From contig JAOPTT010000001.1 in NCBI GenBank assembly GCA_051531975.1, forward strand, positions 160,001 to 224,000: a DNA stretch of 64,000 nt. Reading direction: 5' to 3'. Source of the DNA: Spirochaetaceae bacterium. GTDB lineage: Bacteria; Spirochaetota; Spirochaetia; DSM-2461. The position numbers and the translations under genes were made by a program. The notes beneath the pieces are model-generated. The model searched no databases. It saw only the letters and a list, made by a program, of their open reading frames with translations, and was not told where the DNA came from. Shown here in pieces: positions 39,853 through 50,182 of the stretch. Within the stretch, counting starts at the first letter, position 1. Each line of letters starts with the position of its first letter.

Positions 39853-40164
39853 TCAAACCTGCAGTTTTTTTAATTTCATTTTTATATAATCTTTATTTAG
39901 AATTCCAGTTTGTCTACCTTTTATACTATACACCCTACAACAATAATTTGAACTTGTTGGTATTTTTTCAGTATAAATATCAATTCCATTATAAAGAACT
40001 GTTGGTGATCCTTGGAAATTCAAAGATTCAGAAGCTGGGATATTGGGAACTTCAACTATTTTTAAGTCGTGAATACTTATAATTCCCTCGTCAATAAGTT
40101 CTTTTATACCATCTAGAGTTACATCCGAGTGTGGACACCCTTCAAAATATTGGAATTCTATCAT
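39853..40164 (-). CDS. Small thioredoxin-like protein
   Basis: YFEGCPHS, FQGSPTVLYNG (cis-Pro-like) and CCRVY motifs. Confidence 0.7.
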   Translation of the reverse strand: MIEFQYFEGCPHSDVTLDGIKELIDEGIISIHDLKIVEVPNIPASESLNFQGSPTVLYNGIDIYTEKIPTSSNYCCRVYSIKGRQTGILNKDYIKMKLKKLQV

Positions 40165-40438
40165 TTAAGCTCCTATTGTTTCAGGTATATTTTAAATTTT
40201 AGCCTTAACCCAAATACAATGCAAATGAAATAATAATCAATAGACTGATCCTTCAACCTTAGTACTGATCTAATAAATCTTTAGTCTGTTTCTATAACTA
40301 ATGGTATATTTAAAGTTTAACTCAATATTTGATAATTTCTCTATTACAACCTATCATTTAAATATGAGTAATTAATAGATTTTGTAATTGCTATACTACA
40401 AACGATTCCTTAGAAACGGATTAGAAAGGAAACTAAAA

Positions 40439-43400
40439 ATGACTGATAGTTTTTTAATTGATTCTCTCTCTCCTGAAGATAAACAAAAAATGTATGTCGA
40501 CTTGGTTGAAACATCCCAGGATCTAATATGGCAATGTGATGCTGAAGGACGATTTGTTTATTTAAACCCCGCCTGGGAAGGAACCTTTGGTTATTCAATG
40601 TCAGAGATAATTGGAAAATATTTTTTTGACTTTCAAGATCCAGTAAATGGTAAACGTGATCTTCAGGAATTTTCTAGAATATTAAATGGTGGTACATCTA
40701 AAGGCTACGAAACTATTTATTTGTCAAAATCAGGGAAAGAGATCAACCTTTTAATAAATGCATGCGGTGTAAGTGACAACAGTGGTAATATTGTTGGTAT
40801 CCGAGGGACAGCATACGATATAACAGATCGTAAATTGGCTGAAACTGAATTATTAAAAAGTAAATATTTTTTTGAAGAGGCACAACGTGCTGCAAACATC
40901 GGCTCTTATTCAATCGATATTGTTAAAAGAACCTGGGAATCCTCAGAAACCCTTGATCAGATTTTTGGTATAAATAAAAACTATAAACATGATATAACCG
41001 GATGGGTTGACCCGATTCATCCAGATGATAAAAAAATGATGACTAGGTACTTTGATGAAAAAGTGAATCAAAAAAGTAGACTTTTTAACAAAGAATATAG
41101 AATTATTCGTAAATCTGATGGAGAGATTCGATGGGTTTATAGTATGGGTAAAATCAAATACAACACCGATGGGCAGCCCATTTTAATGCTTGGAACTATT
41201 CAGGATATAACAGAAAATAAAAAAGTACTTGATGCACTAACACAGAAGAATCAGTTTATCGCTTCACTTGTAAACTTAAGTCCCGATATTCTTTATATCT
41301 ATGATCTAAATGATCAAAAAAATGTTTACAGTAATGATGGGATTAAATCCATTTTGGGCTACTCAACAAATGAAATATCAGAGATGGGATCGAAAATTAT
41401 TCCTATGCTTATGCACCCTGACGATCTAAAAGATTATATTAAATTTATCCTACCTCTTTATCAAAGTGCTAATGATGACGAGCGGATAACCAACAATTAC
41501 CGTATGCGTGCCAAAAATGGAGAATGGTTGTTTTTAGAGAGTATTGAAATTATTTACTCAAGAAATATTGATAATTCACCTAAGGAAATTTTTGGTGTAG
41601 CTCATGATATAACAGAACAAAAAATGACTGAAGAGGCACTAAAGGGAAGCGAAGACTCATTACAACATCTTATTAAGTATCTACATGCTGGAGTTGTCGT
41701 CCACGGTGCAGATACCCATATTAAACTAGCTAATGAACATGCTTCAAATCTACTTGGCTTAACTATCCAACAGATGATGGGCAAAGTAAATATTGATCCA
41801 TCATGGTGCTTTATTAGAGAAGATAATACGCTAATGCCAGTAGAAGAATATCCTGTGTCTCGTGTATTTGCCACTAAGGCTCCTGTCCAGAACTTAGTTA
41901 TAGGAGTTAATCGTCCATCTACCAATGACATGGTTTGGGCACTAGTTAATGCATTTCCTGATCTAGATTCAAATGGAGAAATAAGTCAGGCAGTTGTGAC
42001 ATTTATAGATATTACAGAGCTAAAAAAAGCAGAAGAAGCATTATTGGAAAATAATGCAAGACACTTAGCAATGATCGCTAATATTGGTGATGTTATTGGT
42101 ATAATAGGTTCCGATGGAATCACAAAATATAAGAGTCCAAACATTGAGAAATGGTATGGGTGGAAACCAGAAGATCTAATAGGTCTGGAAACTTGGCATA
42201 CCATTCATAAAGATGATTTGCTAAGAATACAAATTGCATTTTCTGAAATACTCAAAAAAGACAGTGCACAAATCACTGTTGAATATAGATATAAATGTAA
42301 AGATGGAGCCTACAAAATGACAGAACTTACAGCTATCAATTGTATTAATAATCCTGCAATTAATGGTGTTCTAATCAATTACCATGACATAACTGAGCGA
42401 AAACAAGCTGAGAAAGAACTTCAGGAAAGTGAAGACCGGTTCAATCTATTTTTAGAAAAAAGTCCTATGTACATCTTTTTTAAAGATGAAAATATAAGAT
42501 CATTACGATTAAGTAAAAATTATGAGAAGATGCTTGGGTTACCACTTGAAAAACTAATTGGTAAAAATATGGATGAACTGTTTCCATCGGAACTTTCAAA
42601 AAAAATGATCAAGGATGATATGAATATTATTAGAGGTGGTAAAACAGTTGAAGTAATTGAAGAATTTAATGAACATATATACCGTACAATTAAATTCCCA
42701 ATAATAAGAGAAGGTCATAAATCATTTCTTGCTGGTTTCACAATAGATATTACACAAGAAACAAATACTATTCGTCAAAAAGAGACATTAACTGAACAGC
42801 TTCACCAAAGTCAAAAAATGGAAGCGATTGGCCAACTAGCCGGTGGAATCGCTCATGATTTTAATAATTCACTAGGGGGTATTGTTGGTGCAGTCGAAGC
42901 AGTTAAGCGTTGTGAAGATAGTAAAGAAAAAAGGAATAAATTTCTTGATCTGATTATTTCTACAGCAGAAAGAGCTGGGGATCTGACAAAGAAGCTTCTA
43001 CTGTTTTCACGAAAAGGTAACATAGTAAGTTCTACTGTCGATATGAAACAATTAATAAGTGAAACAGTCGGTCTTTTGGGACACGTTGTCAATAAAAACA
43101 TCTCAATTATAGTAGAAAACAAAGCTAAACATACGTCTATATTTGGAGATATCTCACTATTACAAAATGTAATGATGAATATACCTATAAACTCAACCCA
43201 AGCTATGCCTGACGGAGGGGAAATTGTATTTACCATGAATAACATAGAACTAAATGAGACGTACTGTTCCAATTCTACATTTGATATAAAACCTGGGGAA
43301 TATCTAATAATTGGCATACGGGATACAGGAGTTGGAATGTCTGCTGAAATTTTATCCCATATATTTGAGCCATTTTTCACCACCAAGTTACATGGGAAAG

Positions 43401-43936
43401 GAACCGGTCTTGGACTCTCAATAGTCTATGGAACTATCCAGGATCATCATGGAGCAATCACTGTATCTTCAGTAGAAGGAAATGGTACAACTTTTCAGTT
43501 ATTTTTTCCAATTACTAAGATTGAGTCTGTTCCTATAACACCAGAAAAGATTCTTAGTGGTTCAGGTACTATTTTGGTTATCGATGACGAAGAATTAATA
43601 CGTATTACAACCGATTCTATGTTGGAATCATTGGGATATAAAGTAATTAGCGCAGAAAATGGGCAGATAGGGCTGCAGAAATTCATTGAATACAAAGGAC
43701 AAATAGATCTGATTATTCTCGATATGATTATGCCTGTTATGGATGGACGTGAAGCGTATACAAAGATCCGTGAGATTGATCCTGATATACCTGTGATTAT
43801 CTCTTCTGGTTTTGCAAAAACTTCAGATTTGAAGGAGTTGGAAGTTAAAGGGATTTCAGGATCTCTTAATAAACCATACCACATGTCATTGTTAGCTAAG
43901 ACTATTGCCAATATACTAAATCCAAATGTAAAGTAA
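40439..43936 (+). CDS. Cytoplasmic multi-PAS hybrid histidine kinase
   Basis: About six PAS/PAC repeats ending DIT, IAHDFNN H-box, GTGLGL and a C-terminal receiver domain. Confidence 0.92.
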   Translation: MTDSFLIDSLSPEDKQKMYVDLVETSQDLIWQCDAEGRFVYLNPAWEGTFGYSMSEIIGKYFFDFQDPVNGKRDLQEFSRILNGGTSKGYETIYLSKSGKEINLLINACGVSDNSGNIVGIRGTAYDITDRKLAETELLKSKYFFEEAQRAANIGSYSIDIVKRTWESSETLDQIFGINKNYKHDITGWVDPIHPDDKKMMTRYFDEKVNQKSRLFNKEYRIIRKSDGEIRWVYSMGKIKYNTDGQPILMLGTIQDITENKKVLDALTQKNQFIASLVNLSPDILYIYDLNDQKNVYSNDGIKSILGYSTNEISEMGSKIIPMLMHPDDLKDYIKFILPLYQSANDDERITNNYRMRAKNGEWLFLESIEIIYSRNIDNSPKEIFGVAHDITEQKMTEEALKGSEDSLQHLIKYLHAGVVVHGADTHIKLANEHASNLLGLTIQQMMGKVNIDPSWCFIREDNTLMPVEEYPVSRVFATKAPVQNLVIGVNRPSTNDMVWALVNAFPDLDSNGEISQAVVTFIDITELKKAEEALLENNARHLAMIANIGDVIGIIGSDGITKYKSPNIEKWYGWKPEDLIGLETWHTIHKDDLLRIQIAFSEILKKDSAQITVEYRYKCKDGAYKMTELTAINCINNPAINGVLINYHDITERKQAEKELQESEDRFNLFLEKSPMYIFFKDENIRSLRLSKNYEKMLGLPLEKLIGKNMDELFPSELSKKMIKDDMNIIRGGKTVEVIEEFNEHIYRTIKFPIIREGHKSFLAGFTIDITQETNTIRQKETLTEQLHQSQKMEAIGQLAGGIAHDFNNSLGGIVGAVEAVKRCEDSKEKRNKFLDLIISTAERAGDLTKKLLLFSRKGNIVSSTVDMKQLISETVGLLGHVVNKNISIIVENKAKHTSIFGDISLLQNVMMNIPINSTQAMPDGGEIVFTMNNIELNETYCSNSTFDIKPGEYLIIGIRDTGVGMSAEILSHIFEPFFTTKLHGKGTGLGLSIVYGTIQDHHGAITVSSVEGNGTTFQLFFPITKIESVPITPEKILSGSGTILVIDDEELIRITTDSMLESLGYKVISAENGQIGLQKFIEYKGQIDLIILDMIMPVMDGREAYTKIREIDPDIPVIISSGFAKTSDLKELEVKGISGSLNKPYHMSLLAKTIANILNPNVK

Positions 43937-44009
43937 TTACATTTATTTACAAATTAACAAGTGGTATAATTAATATATATTATTAAATTTATGTTAATTA
44001 AAATACGAA

Positions 44010-44518
44010 TTAACATTCATAAATGCTTTTATCCTGTCTCAATTTGATAACTTTTTTAAAATGACGTAAAGCATGATAAGCAATAATTCCACCTAGTACT
44101 AAGTTAAGTATAGACATACCAGAAAGTAGGGGGTTCTTAAATGAGTGGCTATTAAATAAATTAATAAATCCAATACCAAAGTTTAACGCTGATAATGGAA
44201 ATAAAAATGTAGAAACCCTAATATGGTGTTTAATTTTTGAGTCTATATCTGTAAATAGGTTAAAAGACCCTAATTCAGTTTTTTTTCTTAAAAATATCCA
44301 TTTCATATATGATGCAACATGTTCTATTCCAGTTTCTTCTAAGAACTTAATATAATCTTTACTATGGGTTGAACCTGGGAAACTATTAAGCATTTCTAGT
44401 CTATATATATATGTTCTTGGTTCACACTCTTCAAAGACATAACGACACCAGGTATAATCTATTAGGGCATAACCTTTTACACTCATTTGATTTAACCAAT
44501 TCTCTTCTTTTTCATAAG
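44010..44518 (-). pseudogene. DUF2812-like membrane protein, 5'-truncated
   Basis: The in-frame sequence upstream of ATG 44486 reads YEKEENWLNQ (the family N-terminal motif) but is preceded by an in-frame TAA with no start codon. Confidence 0.55.
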
Positions 44519-44689
44519 AAATTTAGATTAATAACTAAAAATTAATTAAATTTAGTGAAATGTCAAACATAAAATTCTAAACTTTAAGTAACGCTGAAAT
44601 TAATAGATAATTTTGAAATAAATTAATTTAAATTAAACATGAATAATATTAAAACATACTATTATTTAGTAAGAATGAGAGGGGAGCAT

Positions 44690-46915
44690 ATGTCATTCAT
44701 TGAAAAGATAAAAATCATATCAGGTGTGTATTGGATCGGCATTCCGGAAGCTGATTTATATATCCTGTGTGGATGTCCCGAGGATAGTGTCAAACATCTC
44801 ATGAAAATGGGACTTATTAAGACTACAGAAGAAAACAATGTGGTTTTTGAGACTGGCCCAAATACTATATTACTTTCTGACAACTTAGTTCAAAATGGAT
44901 ATTTTTCAAATCTTTCAGAATTCCCTGTATTACAAATGCTTTATAGACAGGGGATGATATTACCTAATCATCCAAATAATACCGGTCGAAAACCACTTCT
45001 AATTGGCTCCGAGAAGCAAGTTAAAGCTCAAATGGAATATATCTATTGTGGTAATTATGGCTTGTCAACTGTAGAAGAGATAGTAAAGACCGGAGTATCT
45101 GAAGATCAGGCCAATGAAATGATACGATTAAAACTAAAGTTTTCTTTCGGGAAAATTCGAGAAACTAAAGAACTGCTTGATTCGTGTATATTAAAAGAAG
45201 AACCAATGGAAATAGCCAAAGGTGTAATGTTAATTCGTACAGGAATAAATAAGTTTGAATTTAATTATGCAGGAGAATCTGTTTCAATCGACCTTAATTT
45301 AAATTCCAACGAAACCTATAAACCTCCCTATGTTTTAGGATACCATCACATTCGAAAAGAGTATTTTGCAGTGGTTCATTCTGGTGGAGGTGATGGATGG
45401 GATATTAATAGACCCTGTATGTCCAGTATCCTCATGTTTCAAGGGAAACTTTATCTAATAGATGCTGGACCTAATATTCTGAATACATTAACTGCCTTGG
45501 GTATAAGTGCAAATGAGATTGAAGGGATATTTCATACCCACTGCCATGATGATCATTTTGCCGGATTAACAACTCTTATTCACTCAGACCATAAGCTAAA
45601 ATATTATGCAACTCCATTGGTTCGTGCTTCGGTTTCAAAAAAGCTTAATGCATTAATGTCATCGGAAGAAGATTGTCTTGATCGGTATTTTGATATTCAC
45701 GATTTAACTTTTGATCTCTGGAATAATATTGCGGGTTTAGAGGTTAAACCTACTTTTTCACCTCACCCTGTAGAAACCAACATATATACATTCCGTGTAA
45801 TCTGGGAAAATGGTTATTGCACCTACTCCCATTTTGCAGATATTGTTTCATTGGATATCCTTAAAGAAATGATCAATGATGATATTTCAAAACCGGGTAT
45901 TACTGAAGACTTCTTCAATCTAGTTCGCTCAAAATATCTGGAATACGCCATGGTTAAAAAAATTGATATTGGAGGAGGTCTTATCCATGGTGATGCTAAT
46001 GACTTTAAGGATGATACTTCAGGAAAGATTATTTTATCCCATAACCCATTGGATCTAAATAATTATCAGAAAGAAATAGGTTCGAAAGCTCCTTTTGGTC
46101 TGATTGATGTCATTATTCCAGCCAATGATGAGCGTATTTTAAATAATGCTTATCACTATTTATATAATTATATTCCATCTACTCCCAATGAAGATATTCA
46201 GGTCCTACTAAATTGTCATGTCGTTCCATTTAATGCTGGGTCAATCTTATTAAAGCAAGGTGAACGAAACAGCGACATTTACCTTTTATTAGCAGGAACA
46301 GTAGAAATGATAAATGCTGATATCGGCATGAACCATCTGCTCACCGCCGGCTCTATGATTGGTGAATATTCAACATTAGAGGATTGTGTTATGACAGAAA
46401 CCTATAGTGCTCGAAGTTATGGTTTGGCGCTTAAGATTCCTAATTCCTTATATCTTGAAATAGTAAGACGTAATAATCTTTTTGTTAAAATAAAGAATGT
46501 ACATAAGAAACAGATGTTTTTACAAAATACACCGTTATTTGGGGAAATGGTATCTTATCCTGTACAAAATAAGATTGCTCAGACCATGATTGAAAAGTCA
46601 TACAAAAAGGGTGAGATAATATCGATCCCCCAAAACCCAGAATTACTAATTCTGAAAAATGGAAAAGTTGAGATTAGTGGAAAGGAACGAGTTCTTGAGA
46701 CAATCGAGGACGGTGACTTTTTCAGAGAATATACAATCCTGCATGAGGATATGAATATTTTTACTTTTAAAATAATTGAACCTTCAGAAGTTTACCATAT
46801 TCCAGGATATATTCTTAGAGATATTCCAGTAGTTCAATGGAAATTGTTGGAAACTAATAAGAAACGTATTAAAGCTTATTTTGATAACGAAGCTAAATTA
46901 ACTGGGGAAGTTTAA
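44690..46915 (+). CDS. Metallo-beta-lactamase-fold protein with two C-terminal cyclic-nucleotide-binding domains
   Basis: LIDAG, THCHDDH (HxHxDH), HPVET and ILSH; two cNMP-type segments (GSMIGE, GDFFRE); GGGGAG RBS. Confidence 0.8.
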   Translation: MSFIEKIKIISGVYWIGIPEADLYILCGCPEDSVKHLMKMGLIKTTEENNVVFETGPNTILLSDNLVQNGYFSNLSEFPVLQMLYRQGMILPNHPNNTGRKPLLIGSEKQVKAQMEYIYCGNYGLSTVEEIVKTGVSEDQANEMIRLKLKFSFGKIRETKELLDSCILKEEPMEIAKGVMLIRTGINKFEFNYAGESVSIDLNLNSNETYKPPYVLGYHHIRKEYFAVVHSGGGDGWDINRPCMSSILMFQGKLYLIDAGPNILNTLTALGISANEIEGIFHTHCHDDHFAGLTTLIHSDHKLKYYATPLVRASVSKKLNALMSSEEDCLDRYFDIHDLTFDLWNNIAGLEVKPTFSPHPVETNIYTFRVIWENGYCTYSHFADIVSLDILKEMINDDISKPGITEDFFNLVRSKYLEYAMVKKIDIGGGLIHGDANDFKDDTSGKIILSHNPLDLNNYQKEIGSKAPFGLIDVIIPANDERILNNAYHYLYNYIPSTPNEDIQVLLNCHVVPFNAGSILLKQGERNSDIYLLLAGTVEMINADIGMNHLLTAGSMIGEYSTLEDCVMTETYSARSYGLALKIPNSLYLEIVRRNNLFVKIKNVHKKQMFLQNTPLFGEMVSYPVQNKIAQTMIEKSYKKGEIISIPQNPELLILKNGKVEISGKERVLETIEDGDFFREYTILHEDMNIFTFKIIEPSEVYHIPGYILRDIPVVQWKLLETNKKRIKAYFDNEAKLTGEV

Positions 46916-47108
46916 TTATAGTGTGAATTTAACTTCGACATAAGTACTTCTAAAAACTGTTCCAAGAGATCCTTCTGCCAAGAGATTGGGATCTAAGAAT
47001 AGAAAGATTGGAAAACCATATTTGTCTCTACGGTAAATGATTATTAGTTGATATTTAATGATAAGCTTTATAAATTATGTCCAAACTTGAATTTAATATT
47101 AAAACCGT

Positions 47109-47137
47109 TTGACACCAAAAATAAATCGAGTTAATAT
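47109..47137 (+). promoter_or_regulatory. Sigma70-type promoter
   Basis: TTGACA (47109) - 17 bp - TAATAT (47132). Confidence 0.6.
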
Positions 47138-47143
47138 TTTATT

Positions 47144-47251
47144 ATCGCCTATAACTGAATGTTATTTGCAGTAACCATAAATAACAATTTGGAATCAAAA
47201 TGCCAGCTGATAGGATTCAGCACTATACGCGTTCTGCGTATTTACATGGAG
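47144..47251 (+). ncRNA. Candidate structured cis-regulatory 5' leader (no known family matched)
   Basis: Nested stems CTGAAT/ATTCAG, TGTTATTT/AAATAACA and TTTG/CAAA, plus an alternative TACGC/GCGTA hairpin just before the RBS. Confidence 0.4.
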
Positions 47252-47262
47252 AATCACAAACA

Positions 47263-47910
47263 ATGAAATTGAAGGATCTACCTGTTATTGGAATAACAGG
47301 ATTATTGACTTTCTTCTTCGCTTATCCAGAAACCCGTAATATTTACGAAATGGCTTACAAAGCCAATCCATTATTATTAACTTTTGTAAAATTTGCAATT
47401 CTGGCCACCGCAGGAGAGATGATTGCTCTTAGATTAAAAGTGGGAGTTTATCACAAAAAAGATTTTGGACTATTACCAAAAATGATTATATGGGGGATTT
47501 TAGGTCTATTTATATATTTTGCTTTTGGTATCTTCTCTAAAGGAGTCCCTACCCTATTCCCAGGATTAGTTGGAGATCACTTTATGAATAGGCTACTTAT
47601 TGCACTATTAATTTCAATATTTATGAATGTTATATTTGCCCCAGGAATGATGTTAACTCATCACATTACCGATAGTTTCATATCCCAAAACGGTGGTTCT
47701 TTTAAGATATCAAAGTTTAAAGTAAGGCCTCTATTAAACTCAATTAATTGGGATAAAATGTGGAGCTTTGTGTTTATGAAAACAATTCCTTTCTTCTGGA
47801 TCCCAGCCCATACAATAACTTTTTTATTACCTGCAGAATTTAGAACTATTTTTGCAGCAGCCCTTTCTGTTTTATTAGGTATTTTTTTAGGTGCAAGGAG
47901 TAATAGATGA
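47263..47910 (+). CDS. Mpv17/PMP22-family membrane protein
   Basis: KFAILATAGE and KTIPFFWIPAHTITFLLP motifs; multiple TM helices; GGAG RBS. Confidence 0.75.
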   Translation: MKLKDLPVIGITGLLTFFFAYPETRNIYEMAYKANPLLLTFVKFAILATAGEMIALRLKVGVYHKKDFGLLPKMIIWGILGLFIYFAFGIFSKGVPTLFPGLVGDHFMNRLLIALLISIFMNVIFAPGMMLTHHITDSFISQNGGSFKISKFKVRPLLNSINWDKMWSFVFMKTIPFFWIPAHTITFLLPAEFRTIFAAALSVLLGIFLGARSNR

Positions 47911-47963
47911 GGGAAGTATTAGTATGGGGAGGTGGTGTTCTTATTATGGATGAGGGTATATAG

Positions 47964-49139
47964 ATGGCGATATCTCATCAGATTAAAGAAATGTTAAAAG
48001 GCTCCTCCTTTATTAGAACTATGTTTGAAGAGGGCAGAGTATTAAAGGAGAAGTATGGAGAGGACTCAATATGTGACTTTACTATTGGGAACCCACAGCT
48101 GGAGCCTCCAAAATCCTTCTCTACAGCAATAAAAACGATTGTAGACAAAAAAATACCTAGAAAACACGGTTATATGCCTAGTCTTGGTTATAAAGATGTT
48201 AGAGAATCTGTAGCAATTAGAGTTTCTTCTGAACAGAAAACTGACCTGAACTACCAGAATATAGTAATGACTTGTGGAGCTGGTGGAGGACTAAATATAA
48301 TATTAAGAGCCATTCTAAACAGAGGTGATAGAGTAATAGCCCCAATTCCATATTTTGTAGAGTATAAAAACTACGTTTCAAATTATGGTGCAGAGATCGA
48401 CTTTGTAACAAGTAAGGATAACTTTGATTTAGATTTAGACTCTATTTCAAATGCAATTACAGAAAAAACAGCAGCTATAATCATAAACTCCCCTAATAAC
48501 CCTTCAGGAACTGTCTACTCATTAGAGACTATTATCCAGTTAGGAAAAATACTGGAAGAAAAAAGTGAAGAAATTGGAAGAACTATATATTTGATAAGTG
48601 ATGAACCTTATAGGAAAATTGTTTTTGATGGTGTAGAAGTCCCACCAATACATCCTCATTATTCCAATAGCTTTGTAGTCACATCCTGTTCAAAAGATCT
48701 ATCGATACCTGGAGAGAGAATTGGATGGGTAAGTGTAAACCCATTAGCTTATGATCTAAATGAGATAGTAGATGCCTTAGCTTTTTGTAAAAGAATTTTA
48801 GGATTTGTTAACGCTCCAGCTCTTATGCAAAGGGTTATTAAAGAGATAATAAACGATGAAGCCGATTTATCTGTATATCAAAAAAAGAAGGATCGCCTTT
48901 GTTCTGCTCTAAAAGATATGGGCTATGACTTTATTGAACCTAAAGGTACTTTTTATATAATGCCAAAAGCACCAGGTGGGGATGATATTAAATTTATTGA
49001 TAAACTTAAAAGTTATAATATTCTTGCAGTTCCAGGGAGAGGATTTGGACTTAAAGGTTATTTTAGAATAGCCTTTTGTGTAGATGATGACGTAATAGAG
49101 AGATCCCTCGTAGGTTTTAAAGAAGCTATAAGAAGTTAA
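47964..49139 (+). CDS. Class I PLP-dependent (aspartate-type) aminotransferase
   Basis: NSPNNPSG, SDEPY and SCSKDLSIPGERIG (PLP lysine) motifs. Confidence 0.92.
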   Translation: MAISHQIKEMLKGSSFIRTMFEEGRVLKEKYGEDSICDFTIGNPQLEPPKSFSTAIKTIVDKKIPRKHGYMPSLGYKDVRESVAIRVSSEQKTDLNYQNIVMTCGAGGGLNIILRAILNRGDRVIAPIPYFVEYKNYVSNYGAEIDFVTSKDNFDLDLDSISNAITEKTAAIIINSPNNPSGTVYSLETIIQLGKILEEKSEEIGRTIYLISDEPYRKIVFDGVEVPPIHPHYSNSFVVTSCSKDLSIPGERIGWVSVNPLAYDLNEIVDALAFCKRILGFVNAPALMQRVIKEIINDEADLSVYQKKKDRLCSALKDMGYDFIEPKGTFYIMPKAPGGDDIKFIDKLKSYNILAVPGRGFGLKGYFRIAFCVDDDVIERSLVGFKEAIRS

Positions 49140-49150
49140 CTATTTATAGA

Positions 49151-49213
49151 TTGACCCCATACTAATTGGGGTTTAATATTACCATATACATTAGGGCTTA
49201 TATAAGACCTTAA
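49151..49213 (+). promoter_or_regulatory. Promoter of the marR-hut operon with tandem palindromic operators
   Basis: TTGACC - 17 bp - TAATAT; abutting ATTAG-GG-CTTAT (49190-49201) and ATAAG-AC-CTTAA (49202-49213). Confidence 0.5.
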
Positions 49214-49235
49214 CTTATGTAAAAAAGGAATTGGA

Positions 49236-50165
49236 TTGAATATTTATAAATTAGCAGAGGAGTTATTATTAGGCTCCAGACTAAAAAAGATTGGTGAGAA
49301 AATATTCTCAGATATATCAAAAGTATATAAAGATCGAGGAATAGATTTTGAACCGTCATGGTTTCCAGTTTTTTTTCTATTAAATGAAAAAACATTAACA
49401 ATCTCAGATATTGCTAATTATTTAGAGGTTACACAATCCGCAGTTAGTCAGATGATAAGTGTCTTAGAAAAGAGAGAGCTAGTAATAATTAAAAAAGATG
49501 ATATTGATAAAAGATCAAAAACAATATCTTTATCTATAAAAGGTAAGAAATTATTAGTAGATATTAAACCAATATGGACATCTATAAAAAAGAGTCTGAA
49601 TAAGCTACTAAAAGAGGGTGAAAATAGTAAAAATCTACTTATATCCTTAAATGAAGTAGAGACTTCAATATACAACAATGGCATACAAAACAGGATTGAA
49701 AATGACATTAAGCATTCTATTTTGCAAGAGAAACTGAACATTAATGTATATCAGAAATCCAACGAGAAAGATCTGAAATCCATGTTATTAGAGTGGATGA
49801 CAAGAAATAACAAAATTATATCTCCAGAAGTCATTAATAATCCAGATAAATTTATATCCAATAATGGAAATATTTATATTGTTTATATTGAAGGAAATAT
49901 TGTCGGTTGCATGGTAAGCAAACTAATAGGCAGTAGTCTTTCTAAGATCATCTGTATAGAGATATTACCCAAATGGAAGGGTTTTGGAATAGAAAAAAAG
50001 ATCATAAAACAATTAGAGAGAGATAACAAAACGGATATTGATATCATATTGGATATTAGAGAAAGTGATCAGATAACAATCTGTAAGGAAATGGGATTTG
50101 AGCTAGATCTAATTGTCCCAGAAGAAAATGAAACTAGTAGGTGTGTTCATCTAATAAAGAGATAG
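49236..50165 (+). CDS. MarR-family regulator fused to a GNAT-like domain
   Basis: LGSRLKK, wHTH (VTQSAVSQMISVLEK, DKRSKTISLSIKG) and a C-terminal GNAT-like PKWKGFGI. Confidence 0.85.
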   Translation: MNIYKLAEELLLGSRLKKIGEKIFSDISKVYKDRGIDFEPSWFPVFFLLNEKTLTISDIANYLEVTQSAVSQMISVLEKRELVIIKKDDIDKRSKTISLSIKGKKLLVDIKPIWTSIKKSLNKLLKEGENSKNLLISLNEVETSIYNNGIQNRIENDIKHSILQEKLNINVYQKSNEKDLKSMLLEWMTRNNKIISPEVINNPDKFISNNGNIYIVYIEGNIVGCMVSKLIGSSLSKIICIEILPKWKGFGIEKKIIKQLERDNKTDIDIILDIRESDQITICKEMGFELDLIVPEENETSRCVHLIKR

Positions 50166-50182
50166 ATAAAACGGGAGGTTTT

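Noticed and set aside
47005..47048. Purine-riboswitch-like words (GTCTCTAC...GTAAA...GATTA)
   Set aside because: No P2 or P3 stems or TATAA junction can be formed, and the segment lies upstream of the predicted promoter.
47198..47215. AATGCCAGC...TAGG resembling the 3' end of a TPP riboswitch
   Set aside because: The CTGAGA and ACCTGA core elements are missing.
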